64,000 nt of DNA from a virus (lineage: Duplodnaviria > Caudoviricetes). Position 1 is the stretch's first letter. Each line of letters opens with the position of its first letter. The notes beneath the pieces were generated by a model, which saw only the letters and a program-made list of their open reading frames with translations, was not told the DNA's origin and searched no databases. Both the position numbers and the translations under genes were made by a program. Below, piece after piece: positions 1-8,617 of the stretch. The DNA is taken from positions 81,123 to 145,122 of IMG/VR virus record IMGVR_UViG_3300010049_000011. One strand, given 5' to 3'.

Positions 1-392
1 TAGCTCGTTCGCTTCGCTCACTCGGTCTATGTGTTACTCGCTCCTCGAATACAGAGTATTCTCGTCGACATTTCAAGCGTTCACTCACTTACGTTCGTTC
101 ACTGTGAAATGTATCGTAACAGAATCAATATTAACTCGCAAAGTATTGCTCGTAAATTGATTCTTGGACCCTAGAACCTATGTTTAGTCGAGAAAGAGCG
201 CTACGCTACTTTCCTCCTAGTTGGCTACCCGCCAGGTCAGATCTACTCTCGAAACAGAGTTTCTCGTAATTAACTTCACTACACAACTGCGTCTTTTAGA
301 GACTTGTTGTTGGTTCAATTAATTAAAGTTCGCTTCGCTCACGATCTGAGAACAGGTAGACCTTTCGGTCCTAAGGGTAGCAAGTTCAAGTA
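1..392 (-). other. Non-coding, multi-branched hairpin region with tandem G.A mismatches and GNA loops on the minus strand (candidate structured ssDNA element / origin); may continue left of the window
   Basis: Nested inverted repeats (68-75/105-112, 121-129/156-164, 225-230/375-380). GTTCGCTTCGCTCAC occurs at 7-21 and 328-342 and its reverse complement is GT-GA-GC-GAA-GC-GA-AC. CTCG-flanked hairpins at 44-64, 135-152 and 248-266. No ORF. Confidence 0.7.
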
Positions 393-419
393 CTGTTTAA
401 TTTCTTCTCTCATGCATGT

Positions 420-735
420 GTAGATCTATTCGAATACTACTAGATAAATCTAGTAGATATTCTCATATCTCTATCATCTGTTATGTTTCTTCTTAATCTT
501 CTTAATCTACTCTACTATTATTTTTATTTATTCTTTCTTCTTACTTATTCTTAAATAATTAATCTATAATGTTATAAAAACTAGGATAACTAGATCTTAA
601 TAAGAATTATTCTGTTTATTATGTTAAGAATATTAAATTATGTATCCAGTTATTTTTAAGATTCTACATCTACAGTATTTATTCAGTATTGTTAAGACTT
701 AGTATTACTCAATTACTCACTTCGTTCGTAATCTC
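420..735. other. Very AT-rich non-coding tract (candidate unwinding element) ending in another G.A hairpin at 712-732
   Basis: Visibly A/T-dominated, short palindromes, no ORF; 712-732 reverse complement is ATTAC-GA-AC-GAA-GT-GA-GTAAT. Confidence 0.5.
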
Positions 736-771
736 GTAAACATAAGTCTTGTAAACCTAGGTAATTTGAAC

Positions 772-1407
772 ATGTTCCAGAAGTTAATAGAATACCTCGA
801 GAAGCTGTTTAAGAAATTACTAGGTGTTCGTGAAGAAGGTTTGGAAAAACGTCTCTCGAAGGACTCTAAGGAAGATAATAACCAATCTAAAGGTGTAGTT
901 ATGACGGAAGTAAGAGAATTTGTAAAAAAGAACGATATGTGGGTAGATTTTGATCCTAAGGATATTTCAGACGAGATCAAAGTGAGGTTGGAGATTACAA
1001 GATCTAAAGTTAATCTCCTGTTAGCTGAAGCACCCGAAGAGCTTACTAAGTTAGTAATTGTTCAGAGAGGTTGGAGATCTCCTGAAAAGAATACTTCAGT
1101 AGGAGGAGTATTGAATTCACCTCACGAGTCTGGAGAAGGAATAGATATTAGGGAACTCAAATTTAGTAAACAAGAACTAGCTAAGTGGTGTGCTAAGAAC
1201 CAAAACTTACTAAAGAAGCATGGGTTGTATCTTGAAGATCCAGCTGTAACTGTTGGGAACTTTACTGATTGGTGTCACTTACAGACTCGCCCAACTAAAT
1301 TAGGTAATGTTGTGTTCATGCCTTATTCTTACACAGGGTATAATTCGTCTAAGGAATCAGTGTCTCAAAAGTGGTGGTCTGATTTAGGTGTTAAGAGGCC
1401 GTTTTAA
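772..1407 (+). CDS. Peptidase M15-family endolysin (Zn peptidoglycan peptidase)
   Basis: GWRSPEKN..VGG..NSPH..GEGIDI and WCHLQ match the M15 SxH-x6-D ... H zinc ligands. Confidence 0.8.
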   Translation: MFQKLIEYLEKLFKKLLGVREEGLEKRLSKDSKEDNNQSKGVVMTEVREFVKKNDMWVDFDPKDISDEIKVRLEITRSKVNLLLAEAPEELTKLVIVQRGWRSPEKNTSVGGVLNSPHESGEGIDIRELKFSKQELAKWCAKNQNLLKKHGLYLEDPAVTVGNFTDWCHLQTRPTKLGNVVFMPYSYTGYNSSKESVSQKWWSDLGVKRPF

Positions 1408-1456
1408 GGTTCTAAACCACAATCGTAACCTGACAGCAAGCCAACACTAAATCGAA

Positions 1457-1496
1457 AAATTACTAAGATGTGCAAGAAATTACTAAGATGTGCAAG
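1457..1496 (+). repeat. Perfect 20-bp tandem duplication spanning the start of the tail fibre gene
   Basis: AAATTACTAAGATGTGCAAG at 1457-1476 and 1477-1496. Confidence 0.9.
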
Positions 1497-2822
1497 ACTC
1501 TCCAGTTAAAGAGGGGTAGTGCTTCCGACAATAATTCTTTTACAGGACTTCCTGGAGAATTGACTGTTGATCTAGACACTCCTTCTCTAAGGCTCCACGA
1601 CGGATTAACATCAGGCGGCTTAACTATCCAGACATCTCCAAGAACGGTCTACGGGTACTACTACTTTCCTACAGATATGTTTTATTGGGATCCAGGTTGC
1701 ACCTTTCCTATAACAGAGGACTACCAGGGAAACGTAGGCTCAGATCCACAAGAAGGAAACAAGTTCTTCGATATTCGGTACGGTGTGGGGAATGCTAAAG
1801 AGTTTATATATTGCCTCGCTGGAGGCGGTAGGTATAGTAGTCGTAGGTTCTTGCGTAAGAGATCGAACTTGGGTGTTAGACCTAATTTCAAGGCCGTAGA
1901 TTACACCCAATCCGTTAGTTCGAACTCTCAATCTCTGGTGTGTAATTTTCGCGGGTCTCTGTTTCACGGAAATCGTGCTAATACCGGTATGGGTTTTCAT
2001 ACGTTTATAGGCTCTCCTGAGGTTATTAGATTCTCGGGTCATAGTATAATTTGGCCTGCATCTAGAGATTGGATAGCAGGGACTTACGTTGGTCGTAGAT
2101 CTAGTGACGGTTCGGATGTGTATTTGTTGGGGTGGACTAATAGAGGGTTAGCGAGAATTGTAGTAGACAACCCTGATAGCGGTACTCCTGCGTTAAACCC
2201 TGAGAGTGCTGAATTACCTCTTCCTGTAGGATGGGTGAACGATATACGTAAATTGAATACGTCGTATTATTGTTGGGATAACTCAGGAACACCAACAACG
2301 GTGTTGGTGGGTAATGGAAACCAGATAGTTGCGTGTACTTATGATGTAGACCTTAACCCTGTTTGGGGAACCGTTAACACCACACCTATAGCTATAGATA
2401 CGTATGCTACTGCCTGTGGGGTGTCTGGACTTCCCTTCGACGACGATATCGTGGAACACTTTCAGACTCAATACGGTGGATCTCAAGGTGTAGTTTCTTA
2501 TATATCTAGATCCACAGGGGAACTGTTAAACTCCATTGCATTCCCTAATGTCGGAACAGGTTTAAATTCCTCGGCGGCGTTTTGGGATCTACAATTAGAC
2601 GTAATAATCCACCAACAGAACGCCTCAGCGAACAATTTCGGCGGTTTTAGTGTGAACACCGACGACTTAGGGGATTCTCCTTCTTGGGTTGCTTACAGGT
2701 TCTGGTTGACGGATACTGCAAACACAACTAATGGAGAGTTCGCTAACTGCGCCTTTGACGGTCTCGGTAACTTCTGGTCTGGTAGGAACGCTGCGGTTCT
2801 CCAGTACGGAAGTTTGGATTAA
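1488..2822 (+). CDS. Tail fibre / receptor-binding protein with Mtd_N-type N-terminal domain
   Basis: LQLKRG...FTGLPGELTVDLDT..LRLHDG..SGG N-terminal motif followed by a beta-rich body; likely start ATG 1488. Confidence 0.7.
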   Translation: MCKTLQLKRGSASDNNSFTGLPGELTVDLDTPSLRLHDGLTSGGLTIQTSPRTVYGYYYFPTDMFYWDPGCTFPITEDYQGNVGSDPQEGNKFFDIRYGVGNAKEFIYCLAGGGRYSSRRFLRKRSNLGVRPNFKAVDYTQSVSSNSQSLVCNFRGSLFHGNRANTGMGFHTFIGSPEVIRFSGHSIIWPASRDWIAGTYVGRRSSDGSDVYLLGWTNRGLARIVVDNPDSGTPALNPESAELPLPVGWVNDIRKLNTSYYCWDNSGTPTTVLVGNGNQIVACTYDVDLNPVWGTVNTTPIAIDTYATACGVSGLPFDDDIVEHFQTQYGGSQGVVSYISRSTGELLNSIAFPNVGTGLNSSAAFWDLQLDVIIHQQNASANNFGGFSVNTDDLGDSPSWVAYRFWLTDTANTTNGEFANCAFDGLGNFWSGRNAAVLQYGSLD

Positions 2823-2837
2823 TTATCCTACCCAATC

Positions 2838-2919
2838 AAATTTATTTATTAGCTTTGCTAGGTTCTTGGTTCAAAAACCAAATTTTCCGCTTGACTTTTG
2901 GAAGGAAGCGAGCTATCGT
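2838..2919 (+). promoter_or_regulatory. Early sigma70-type promoter repeat, copy 1
   Basis: TTGACT (2891) -17 bp- TATCGT (2914); upstream AAATTTATTTA...CTTTGCTAGG box shared with other copies. Confidence 0.8.
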
Positions 2920-2953
2920 TGGAAAGCATGGAACAAAAAGAAAGGGGACAAGG

Positions 2954-3925
2954 TTGGAGAAAGTGAGCAAATCGGGCCATGTGGGGATTTATCCACTCCC
3001 GGAGGACGTCGGGGGATACAGGGTTTGTGTTTTCAAAGATGGGTGGGAGTATAGAATTTCGAAAGTGTCGTCGATCGAAGAAGGTTTGGAGAGACAAGTC
3101 GGTCTCAAAAAATTATTCTTCAAGGCGAGAGAAGGTTTGTGGAGCCCAAACGACGTGAAAAGTCAAGCGGAACTTCTTGGTTGGAGGGTGAAAGACAACT
3201 ATAGAAAACCTGCGGAGATAAAAACAAACCAGGACAAAGTTTCCAGACCAAAAAGACACCTGGGAGCCTGGAGGATATATTTCACAGCCAAAGAAGGTTA
3301 CAAAACCTCGAGGTCGTGGAAGACCGAGGAGGAGGCTCAGAAAGCTTATAAGGATTTTCAGAACTGGATCCTCGAAGGCCGGGATATCTCAACTTGTTTT
3401 GGTCGAGGGAAGAAAGCTCCAGGATGCAGTGCTGTGAAAGAGACGAATTTCAGCAAGCTAACTTTCGAGAACTGGAAAGATAACATACCTTTGGTTCGAG
3501 AGAAGATCAGATTCTCTAGGGAAGAGGGAGTTAACGAGATATACGACCTTTTTGAGAATTCTCTCGAAGGATCCACCCACTTATACCTTAAAGTTTGGGA
3601 CTCGGAGAGAAAAGATTGGGTTATAGAGATCCGTCCAAACACAGAAACCTGCGAGGAGGAGCTATTCTCCATCTATAGAACTTATCAGACCTCTCCCAAG
3701 CCTAGCGTTGGTGTTGTGGAAGAGAGTGGAGATCTCTTGAGACTTTCTGATCCTTGTGGTGGAAAGAAGCAAGGGACGTATAACACGAGAACTCTTCAAC
3801 TGACCACTGAATTTTATGAGGTTAGGTTCTTTTCTCAGGAACAAGCGGACAAGGCTCTTGCTCCGTACGACGTTATAGATTTGGCGGGTTCTGATTTGAA
3901 GTTGATTAAAACAAGAACAAAGTAA
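2954..3925 (+). CDS. Putative DNA-binding protein with two AP2/arm-binding-like domains
   Basis: SKSGHVGIY...YRV and WRIYF...SRSWKTEEEAQKAY resemble AP2-like folds. TTG start at 2954 follows an SD; the longer track ORF runs through the promoter. Confidence 0.45.
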   Translation: MEKVSKSGHVGIYPLPEDVGGYRVCVFKDGWEYRISKVSSIEEGLERQVGLKKLFFKAREGLWSPNDVKSQAELLGWRVKDNYRKPAEIKTNQDKVSRPKRHLGAWRIYFTAKEGYKTSRSWKTEEEAQKAYKDFQNWILEGRDISTCFGRGKKAPGCSAVKETNFSKLTFENWKDNIPLVREKIRFSREEGVNEIYDLFENSLEGSTHLYLKVWDSERKDWVIEIRPNTETCEEELFSIYRTYQTSPKPSVGVVEESGDLLRLSDPCGGKKQGTYNTRTLQLTTEFYEVRFFSQEQADKALAPYDVIDLAGSDLKLIKTRTK

Positions 3926-3947
3926 TATAAACTGGAAGGAAAAGAGT

Positions 3948-4679
3948 ATGGAAAACCAAGAGATAGTCAGCGTTGTGACTGACGTAACGGAAGAAATAAA
4001 AGATATTGTTCGAGACAAGGATGTTCGAGAAAAAATTCTCAAGGAATCTCGGATCACGCGAGAAAAGTGGCTTGAAGACGCTTACTCAAAGCTGAAAGGC
4101 GTGTTCCCAGCGTCCTATGATCTCCCTCAAACAGCCTCTATAAGCGTTGGAGATTGCGGGATGGATGTTTTAGGTAGGTGTTATAACGCAACAATCCATA
4201 CGGGGAACTTGTTCACAATTATCTTGGATTTTACAGAAGACCGACCACTCAATGTCTTGGGAACTCTCCTCCATGAGATGATCCACTGTCTCGAAGGGTG
4301 CAGGAATCACGGAAATAAATTCATGAAGGTCTGTTTTGAGGTCGGCCTCGCTATGGTTTGTAAAAATGGCCACACAGAAATTACGGAGCAGCTCAAACCT
4401 AGGCTCGAAAAGATCGCACAAGAGCTTGGTCCTTTCCCCCACAAGAAAATTGTCAGACCTATCAGGGACAGAAATATGAGGGAACCTGCGATAAAACTGA
4501 TCTGCATCAACGGACACGAAGGACCCGACACAGAGAATCTTCACTGCGAATATCGGATAAAAGAGAAATTCTTCAAGGTAAAGATGGAAGCTTTCAAATG
4601 CCCTGTCTGTGATAGATTGATGCAGGATCTCAGAGTTCATCTCGGAACCAAGAAAGGGGTCGAAGTTGAAGACGTATAA
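3948..4679 (+). CDS. SprT-like zinc metalloprotease with C-terminal Zn ribbon
   Basis: TLLHEMIH...HGNKF motif; C-terminal CPVC. Confidence 0.75.
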   Translation: MENQEIVSVVTDVTEEIKDIVRDKDVREKILKESRITREKWLEDAYSKLKGVFPASYDLPQTASISVGDCGMDVLGRCYNATIHTGNLFTIILDFTEDRPLNVLGTLLHEMIHCLEGCRNHGNKFMKVCFEVGLAMVCKNGHTEITEQLKPRLEKIAQELGPFPHKKIVRPIRDRNMREPAIKLICINGHEGPDTENLHCEYRIKEKFFKVKMEAFKCPVCDRLMQDLRVHLGTKKGVEVEDV

Positions 4680-5049
4680 CAAAATATTCGAGAAAGACGT
4701 CGAGAGGACTTGGGGGTTCTCCCATAAGGATATACCTAATAGGGAGCAAGACATTCTCCACGCTGCGTTAGGGTTGTCTGGAGAAGTTGGAGAAGTCTGT
4801 GATGTACTTAAGAAGTCTCTAGCGGTTGGAAAACCTATAGATGAAGAAAATCTACTAGAGGAACTAGGGGATGTAGCTTATTACGTCTTCATAATCCTAA
4901 ACAGAATCGGGAGATCCCTCTCAGAAGCTCAGAAGAAGAATATAGCTAAGAGGGCTGTCAGGTTCCCTAGAGGATTCTCAGAAGATAGGTTCGATCGTAA
5001 AAACAGAAACCTAACCCAGGAAAGGAAAGCCCAAGATGGACAAAGATAG
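4666..5049 (+). CDS. MazG-like nucleotide pyrophosphohydrolase
   Basis: LGLSGEVGEV..KK...LLEELGDV.YY...NIAK..R all-alpha NTP-PPase motif. Confidence 0.85.
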   Translation: MKTYNKIFEKDVERTWGFSHKDIPNREQDILHAALGLSGEVGEVCDVLKKSLAVGKPIDEENLLEELGDVAYYVFIILNRIGRSLSEAQKKNIAKRAVRFPRGFSEDRFDRKNRNLTQERKAQDGQR

Positions 5050-5329
5050 CGCAATAACGTATTTCCTAGACCACTTCGATGCGTTATTAATATCAGGATC
5101 GGTATGTAGCAAGTGTCGTGTAGTTAAGGATTTATTGTTTAGGAAATTTTCCAGTGTTCCTGTTGGAATTGTAGAGGCAGACTCTGCAACAAGAGATGAA
5201 GACGTGATAATCTTAGAGGCCTTTAATGTCCAATCCATTCCTGTAGTGATAAATCTAAAGACGAAAGAGAAGTTGGTTGGGGACGAGATCACCGAACTCT
5301 CTCTTAAGGAGCTGCTGCATGTACAGTAA
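5036..5329 (+). CDS. Thioredoxin/glutaredoxin-like protein
   Basis: CSKC motif and VQSIPV cis-Pro loop in 97 aa. Confidence 0.7.
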   Translation: MDKDSAITYFLDHFDALLISGSVCSKCRVVKDLLFRKFSSVPVGIVEADSATRDEDVIILEAFNVQSIPVVINLKTKEKLVGDEITELSLKELLHVQ

Positions 5330-5681
5330 GACGGATAGACAGGTCCTGGTTTCTGTGCAAGAGATAATAGACGAGGCCTACCTAAACCTTGAGGATAAAG
5401 GAGATCTTTGTGAGTTTCACGAGAGCCTAAAGGGGTTGTTGAGGGTGGTTAAAAACCACCTATATTTCGAGCACTACAAAACTCTCTACATTGAGGAGTT
5501 AGGTTTGGGAAACAGGTTGGTTTCCGCCTTAAGACGTATAGACGTGAGAGTAGTAGGGGATTTATATAAGCCTCAGGGTCCTGTCCTTAAGGGAATCGCA
5601 GGTATCGGCGCTAAGTCCCTTCTAGACTTGAAAAAGAAACTAAAAGAGCTAGGCCTCGAACTACCGCAAAGGAAGATATGA
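5319..5681 (+). CDS. RNA polymerase alpha subunit C-terminal-domain (alpha-CTD)-like protein
   Basis: IEELGLGNRLVSALRRIDVRVVGDL...LKGIAGIGAKSLLDLKKKLKELGLEL parallels the alpha-CTD helix-hairpin-helix pattern; start ATG 5319 after AAGGAG. Confidence 0.8.
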   Translation: MYSKTDRQVLVSVQEIIDEAYLNLEDKGDLCEFHESLKGLLRVVKNHLYFEHYKTLYIEELGLGNRLVSALRRIDVRVVGDLYKPQGPVLKGIAGIGAKSLLDLKKKLKELGLELPQRKI

Positions 5682-6001
5682 TGGATATAAGAATTGAAAC
5701 ACTACTAGGTAAAGTCGAGAACATTCTTGAGTCAAAGAATTCGAGTTCCGAGACTTTGAATATCTTCCTAGATGATGTAGCAGATTTTGCCAAAAATTGT
5801 GGTATTTTTTACAACCAGCAGGTTGAGAAGTTTAAAGATCTATCAGAAGATGGTAAGGCTTGTGTTGTTGCTCTCGAGTCCTTGCTGGGGGAGTTTAAAG
5901 AGCTCCAGAACACGTCATCTAAAGACACTTTTCACATAGACGTGATGGAACTGATTCGGGCCATCGTCACAGTGTTGGTGAAGTTCGAGCAACCTGCTTA
6001 G
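5678..6001 (+). CDS. Hypothetical protein
   Basis: ORF coupled to the upstream gene, SD present. Confidence 0.6.
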   Translation: MMDIRIETLLGKVENILESKNSSSETLNIFLDDVADFAKNCGIFYNQQVEKFKDLSEDGKACVVALESLLGEFKELQNTSSKDTFHIDVMELIRAIVTVLVKFEQPA

Positions 6002-6014
6002 GTTAGGAACCGAC

Positions 6015-7631
6015 GTGGTAAGGGTTGAAGCAAGAAGTTGTGAACTGAGATCCGTCTCCCTAAAAGAGGCGGATTTATTTTTAATTAACCACCACAGACA
6101 GAAGTCGTGCGTAGGACAAGAACATAGATATGGCCTATTTTATAATAAAGATTTAATTGCGGTTATGACGTTCGGAAAACCTAGATACAATAGACATTTT
6201 CAGTTCGAAATTCTTAGGTTGTGTTTCCGAGAAGGGTACTTAGTGGTCGGCGGCAGCGAGCGGATGTTCGCTAACTTCTTAAAAGACGTTTCCCCTATTT
6301 CTATACTATCTTACTGTGATAAGAGATATTACACAGGGGAAGTCTACAAAAGATTAGGGTTCAACCACTTATACGATTCTCCTCCTCAGAAGATCTGGTG
6401 TAAGGGAGACAAGAAGATAACGTCCAATCTTCTGAGGAGATACGGACCAGATAGACTTATAAGAACCGGGGACGGGAAAGGGTCTGATAACGAAGAGATT
6501 ATGTTGAGGGAAGGGTGGGTTCCCGAGGAAGATCTAGGTCAGGGAGTTTGGGTTTGGGAATCTCCGGTTAGAGGGAAAGTTGGTTACATATGTAGGATAA
6601 TAAACAAGATAAACAACAGTACTTACGTAGGGCAGAAGTATTGGGGAGAGGAAGGTATAGACCCCACGTACTTAGGGAGCGGTACTCTAATAAAGAAGGC
6701 TGTAGAGAAGTACGGAAAAGACAATTTTAAGGTTGAGTTAATCGAGGAGTGTTATTCTGTTTTTGATCTTAATAGGAAAGAAATCGAGTACATAGAGTCT
6801 GAACGGAAGGTGGGGGGAGCTGAGTATAACATCACCTCCGGAGGGTTCTGGGGGTATGGTGTTGTTTCGGAAGAGACTAAGAGAATTATCTCCCAAAACA
6901 GCAAGAAGATGTGGGAAGATGAGGAATTTAAAGAACACATGACTAAAGTGTTTAAAGACCGTTGGAAGGATCTGGAGTATAAGAAGAGGGTAGTAGAGGC
7001 TATAGTTGCTTCTCAGAAAACCGAGTCTTACATACAAAAAGCAACCAACTCGGCTAGGGACCGTTGGATCGATCCCGAGCAGCGGAAGAAGGTATCGGAG
7101 GCCGTCAAAGAATACTACGACAAAACCGAAGGATCTAGAGAGAAGTGTTCGGAGATCTCTAAAAAGACGTGGGAAGATGAAGAGTTAAGAACTCGACAAT
7201 CTAACACTTATAAAGAAAAATGGAAAGATCCTAAGTTCAGGGCAGAGAGGATTAAAAAGACTCAAGAAGCGAGAAGTACTGAAGAGGCTAAGAAGAAGAC
7301 ATCCCAAGCTTCAATAGAGATGTGGAAGGACCCAGAATTCAGGGAAAGAGAGACGTTGAGAAAGAAAGAATCCGTGACTGAAGAATTCCGAGACTTAGTT
7401 TCCCAAAACAGCAAGAATCTCTGGAAAGACGAAGAGTATAGAAGAAAACGTAAGGAATCCTTAGATAAATATAGATCCTCTAGAGAGGGCAAAGAGAAGT
7501 GCTCTGCTGTTTCAAAGAAAGTTTGGGTAGACCCAGAGAGAAGGAAGGCAGCGTCGGAGAAGAGAAAGGTCCTGTGGAAGGACCCAGAATTCAGGGAAAA
7601 GATGAGATTAAACTCCGGTTCTAAACCCTAA
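6015..7631 (+). CDS. Mom-like GNAT domain + GIY-YIG endonuclease + NUMOD3-like helical repeats (homing endonuclease-like)
   Basis: N-terminal FL..HH.Q...YGLF...AVMTFG...EILRLC...GG...SYCD....G.VY..LGF; GYICRIINKIN..YVGQ...YLGSG...E...YN; about nine W-x-D-(P/E)-E repeats. Confidence 0.8.
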   Translation: MVRVEARSCELRSVSLKEADLFLINHHRQKSCVGQEHRYGLFYNKDLIAVMTFGKPRYNRHFQFEILRLCFREGYLVVGGSERMFANFLKDVSPISILSYCDKRYYTGEVYKRLGFNHLYDSPPQKIWCKGDKKITSNLLRRYGPDRLIRTGDGKGSDNEEIMLREGWVPEEDLGQGVWVWESPVRGKVGYICRIINKINNSTYVGQKYWGEEGIDPTYLGSGTLIKKAVEKYGKDNFKVELIEECYSVFDLNRKEIEYIESERKVGGAEYNITSGGFWGYGVVSEETKRIISQNSKKMWEDEEFKEHMTKVFKDRWKDLEYKKRVVEAIVASQKTESYIQKATNSARDRWIDPEQRKKVSEAVKEYYDKTEGSREKCSEISKKTWEDEELRTRQSNTYKEKWKDPKFRAERIKKTQEARSTEEAKKKTSQASIEMWKDPEFRERETLRKKESVTEEFRDLVSQNSKNLWKDEEYRRKRKESLDKYRSSREGKEKCSAVSKKVWVDPERRKAASEKRKVLWKDPEFREKMRLNSGSKP

Positions 7632-7655
7632 CTAACTCTCGCTAGGACTTAACGT

Positions 7656-8255
7656 ATGCCGACTAATCAAATTTCTTCCCAACAGCTGCAACCAGAAGTT
7701 CTTCTCTCGCTCGTAACTCAGCTTGGGTCCAATTTCCTACCGACTCAGATAATTTTAGGACAACCAGGGTCCACTCGTGCCCTTCAAGCTGTCGTTAATA
7801 CGTATACCTTGTTTAATAAGACTATAAACGGGACTGGAAACGATGTGAACGGCGTAGCATTCAATGGAATAGCATACGGCGCTAATTATATGGATGTAGC
7901 GGAATACTACGTGTCGGATAGAGATTACGCGCCAGGCACGTTGATCAGGTTTGGTGGATCTAAAGAGATCACCCAAACAGAACCAGATATGGAAGTACAT
8001 GGAGTTGTCTCTGAGAAGCCGGGATTGATATTAGGGGAGCCTGGAGAGGGTAAACTGAAGGTTGCGCTCATAGGTCGGGTTCCCGTCCTATTCGACGGTG
8101 CTGAGTGCCCTCCTAAGGGAACTAAGTTGTATAGATCGAGAAGTATCCCTGGAAAGGCATCTACGTCAATCACCGGTATTCCTTTCGGGGTAGTCGTCGG
8201 AGAAGCTCTCGATTCCAAGGGACGTGTAGAGTGTGTTGTTCGCCTTTCCTTCTAG
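7656..8255 (+). CDS. Tail-associated protein with peptidase G2 / intramolecular chaperone-like domain
   Basis: DVAEYY...YAPGT....GG..EIT...GVVS..PG......VALIGRVPV pattern. Confidence 0.65.
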   Translation: MPTNQISSQQLQPEVLLSLVTQLGSNFLPTQIILGQPGSTRALQAVVNTYTLFNKTINGTGNDVNGVAFNGIAYGANYMDVAEYYVSDRDYAPGTLIRFGGSKEITQTEPDMEVHGVVSEKPGLILGEPGEGKLKVALIGRVPVLFDGAECPPKGTKLYRSRSIPGKASTSITGIPFGVVVGEALDSKGRVECVVRLSF

Positions 8256-8296
8256 TCGGTTAGTTAAATTCGCTAATCTATTGTAAGGAATCTAAT

Positions 8297-8617
8297 ATGT
8301 CTGCAAGTCAATATTCTGACTTAACCCCGTTTAATAATACCTTAATCGTTAAAGAAATAGATACCTCAGAGCAAGATCTCGGGGCCGGTTTGTATTCTCC
8401 TCCTTCTTCAGGCAGCGTTGTTGAAGCAGAGGTACTAGCTGTCTCTGAGTTGGTCTACAACGATCGAGAATCGAAGATCGTGCCCTCCAACAGTCCTGTG
8501 GTTGCTGGAGATATCGTTATTTTTAGTAAGTTCTCGGGGACTGACTACGACTACAACGAATCTAAGTGTAAGTTGATAAAAATCACAGACATAATGTCCT
8601 ATAGGAGGAAAATCTAA
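8297..8617 (+). CDS. groES: Co-chaperonin GroES
   Basis: LTPFNNTLIVK...AEVLAV...VVAGDIVIFSKFSGT...DIM; TAATG overlap with groEL. Confidence 0.9.
   Translation: MSASQYSDLTPFNNTLIVKEIDTSEQDLGAGLYSPPSSGSVVEAEVLAVSELVYNDRESKIVPSNSPVVAGDIVIFSKFSGTDYDYNESKCKLIKITDIMSYRRKI

Noticed and set aside
1-392. CRISPR array or protein-coding repeat
   Set aside because: The repeats are short, irregularly spaced and nested as stems, with no repeat-spacer period and no ORF.
2855-2953. N-terminal extensions of ORFs 2855, 28698 and 50846 with similar sequence (F.L.FGK..AIV)
   Set aside because: The similarity is translation through the repeated promoter; the true starts are downstream.
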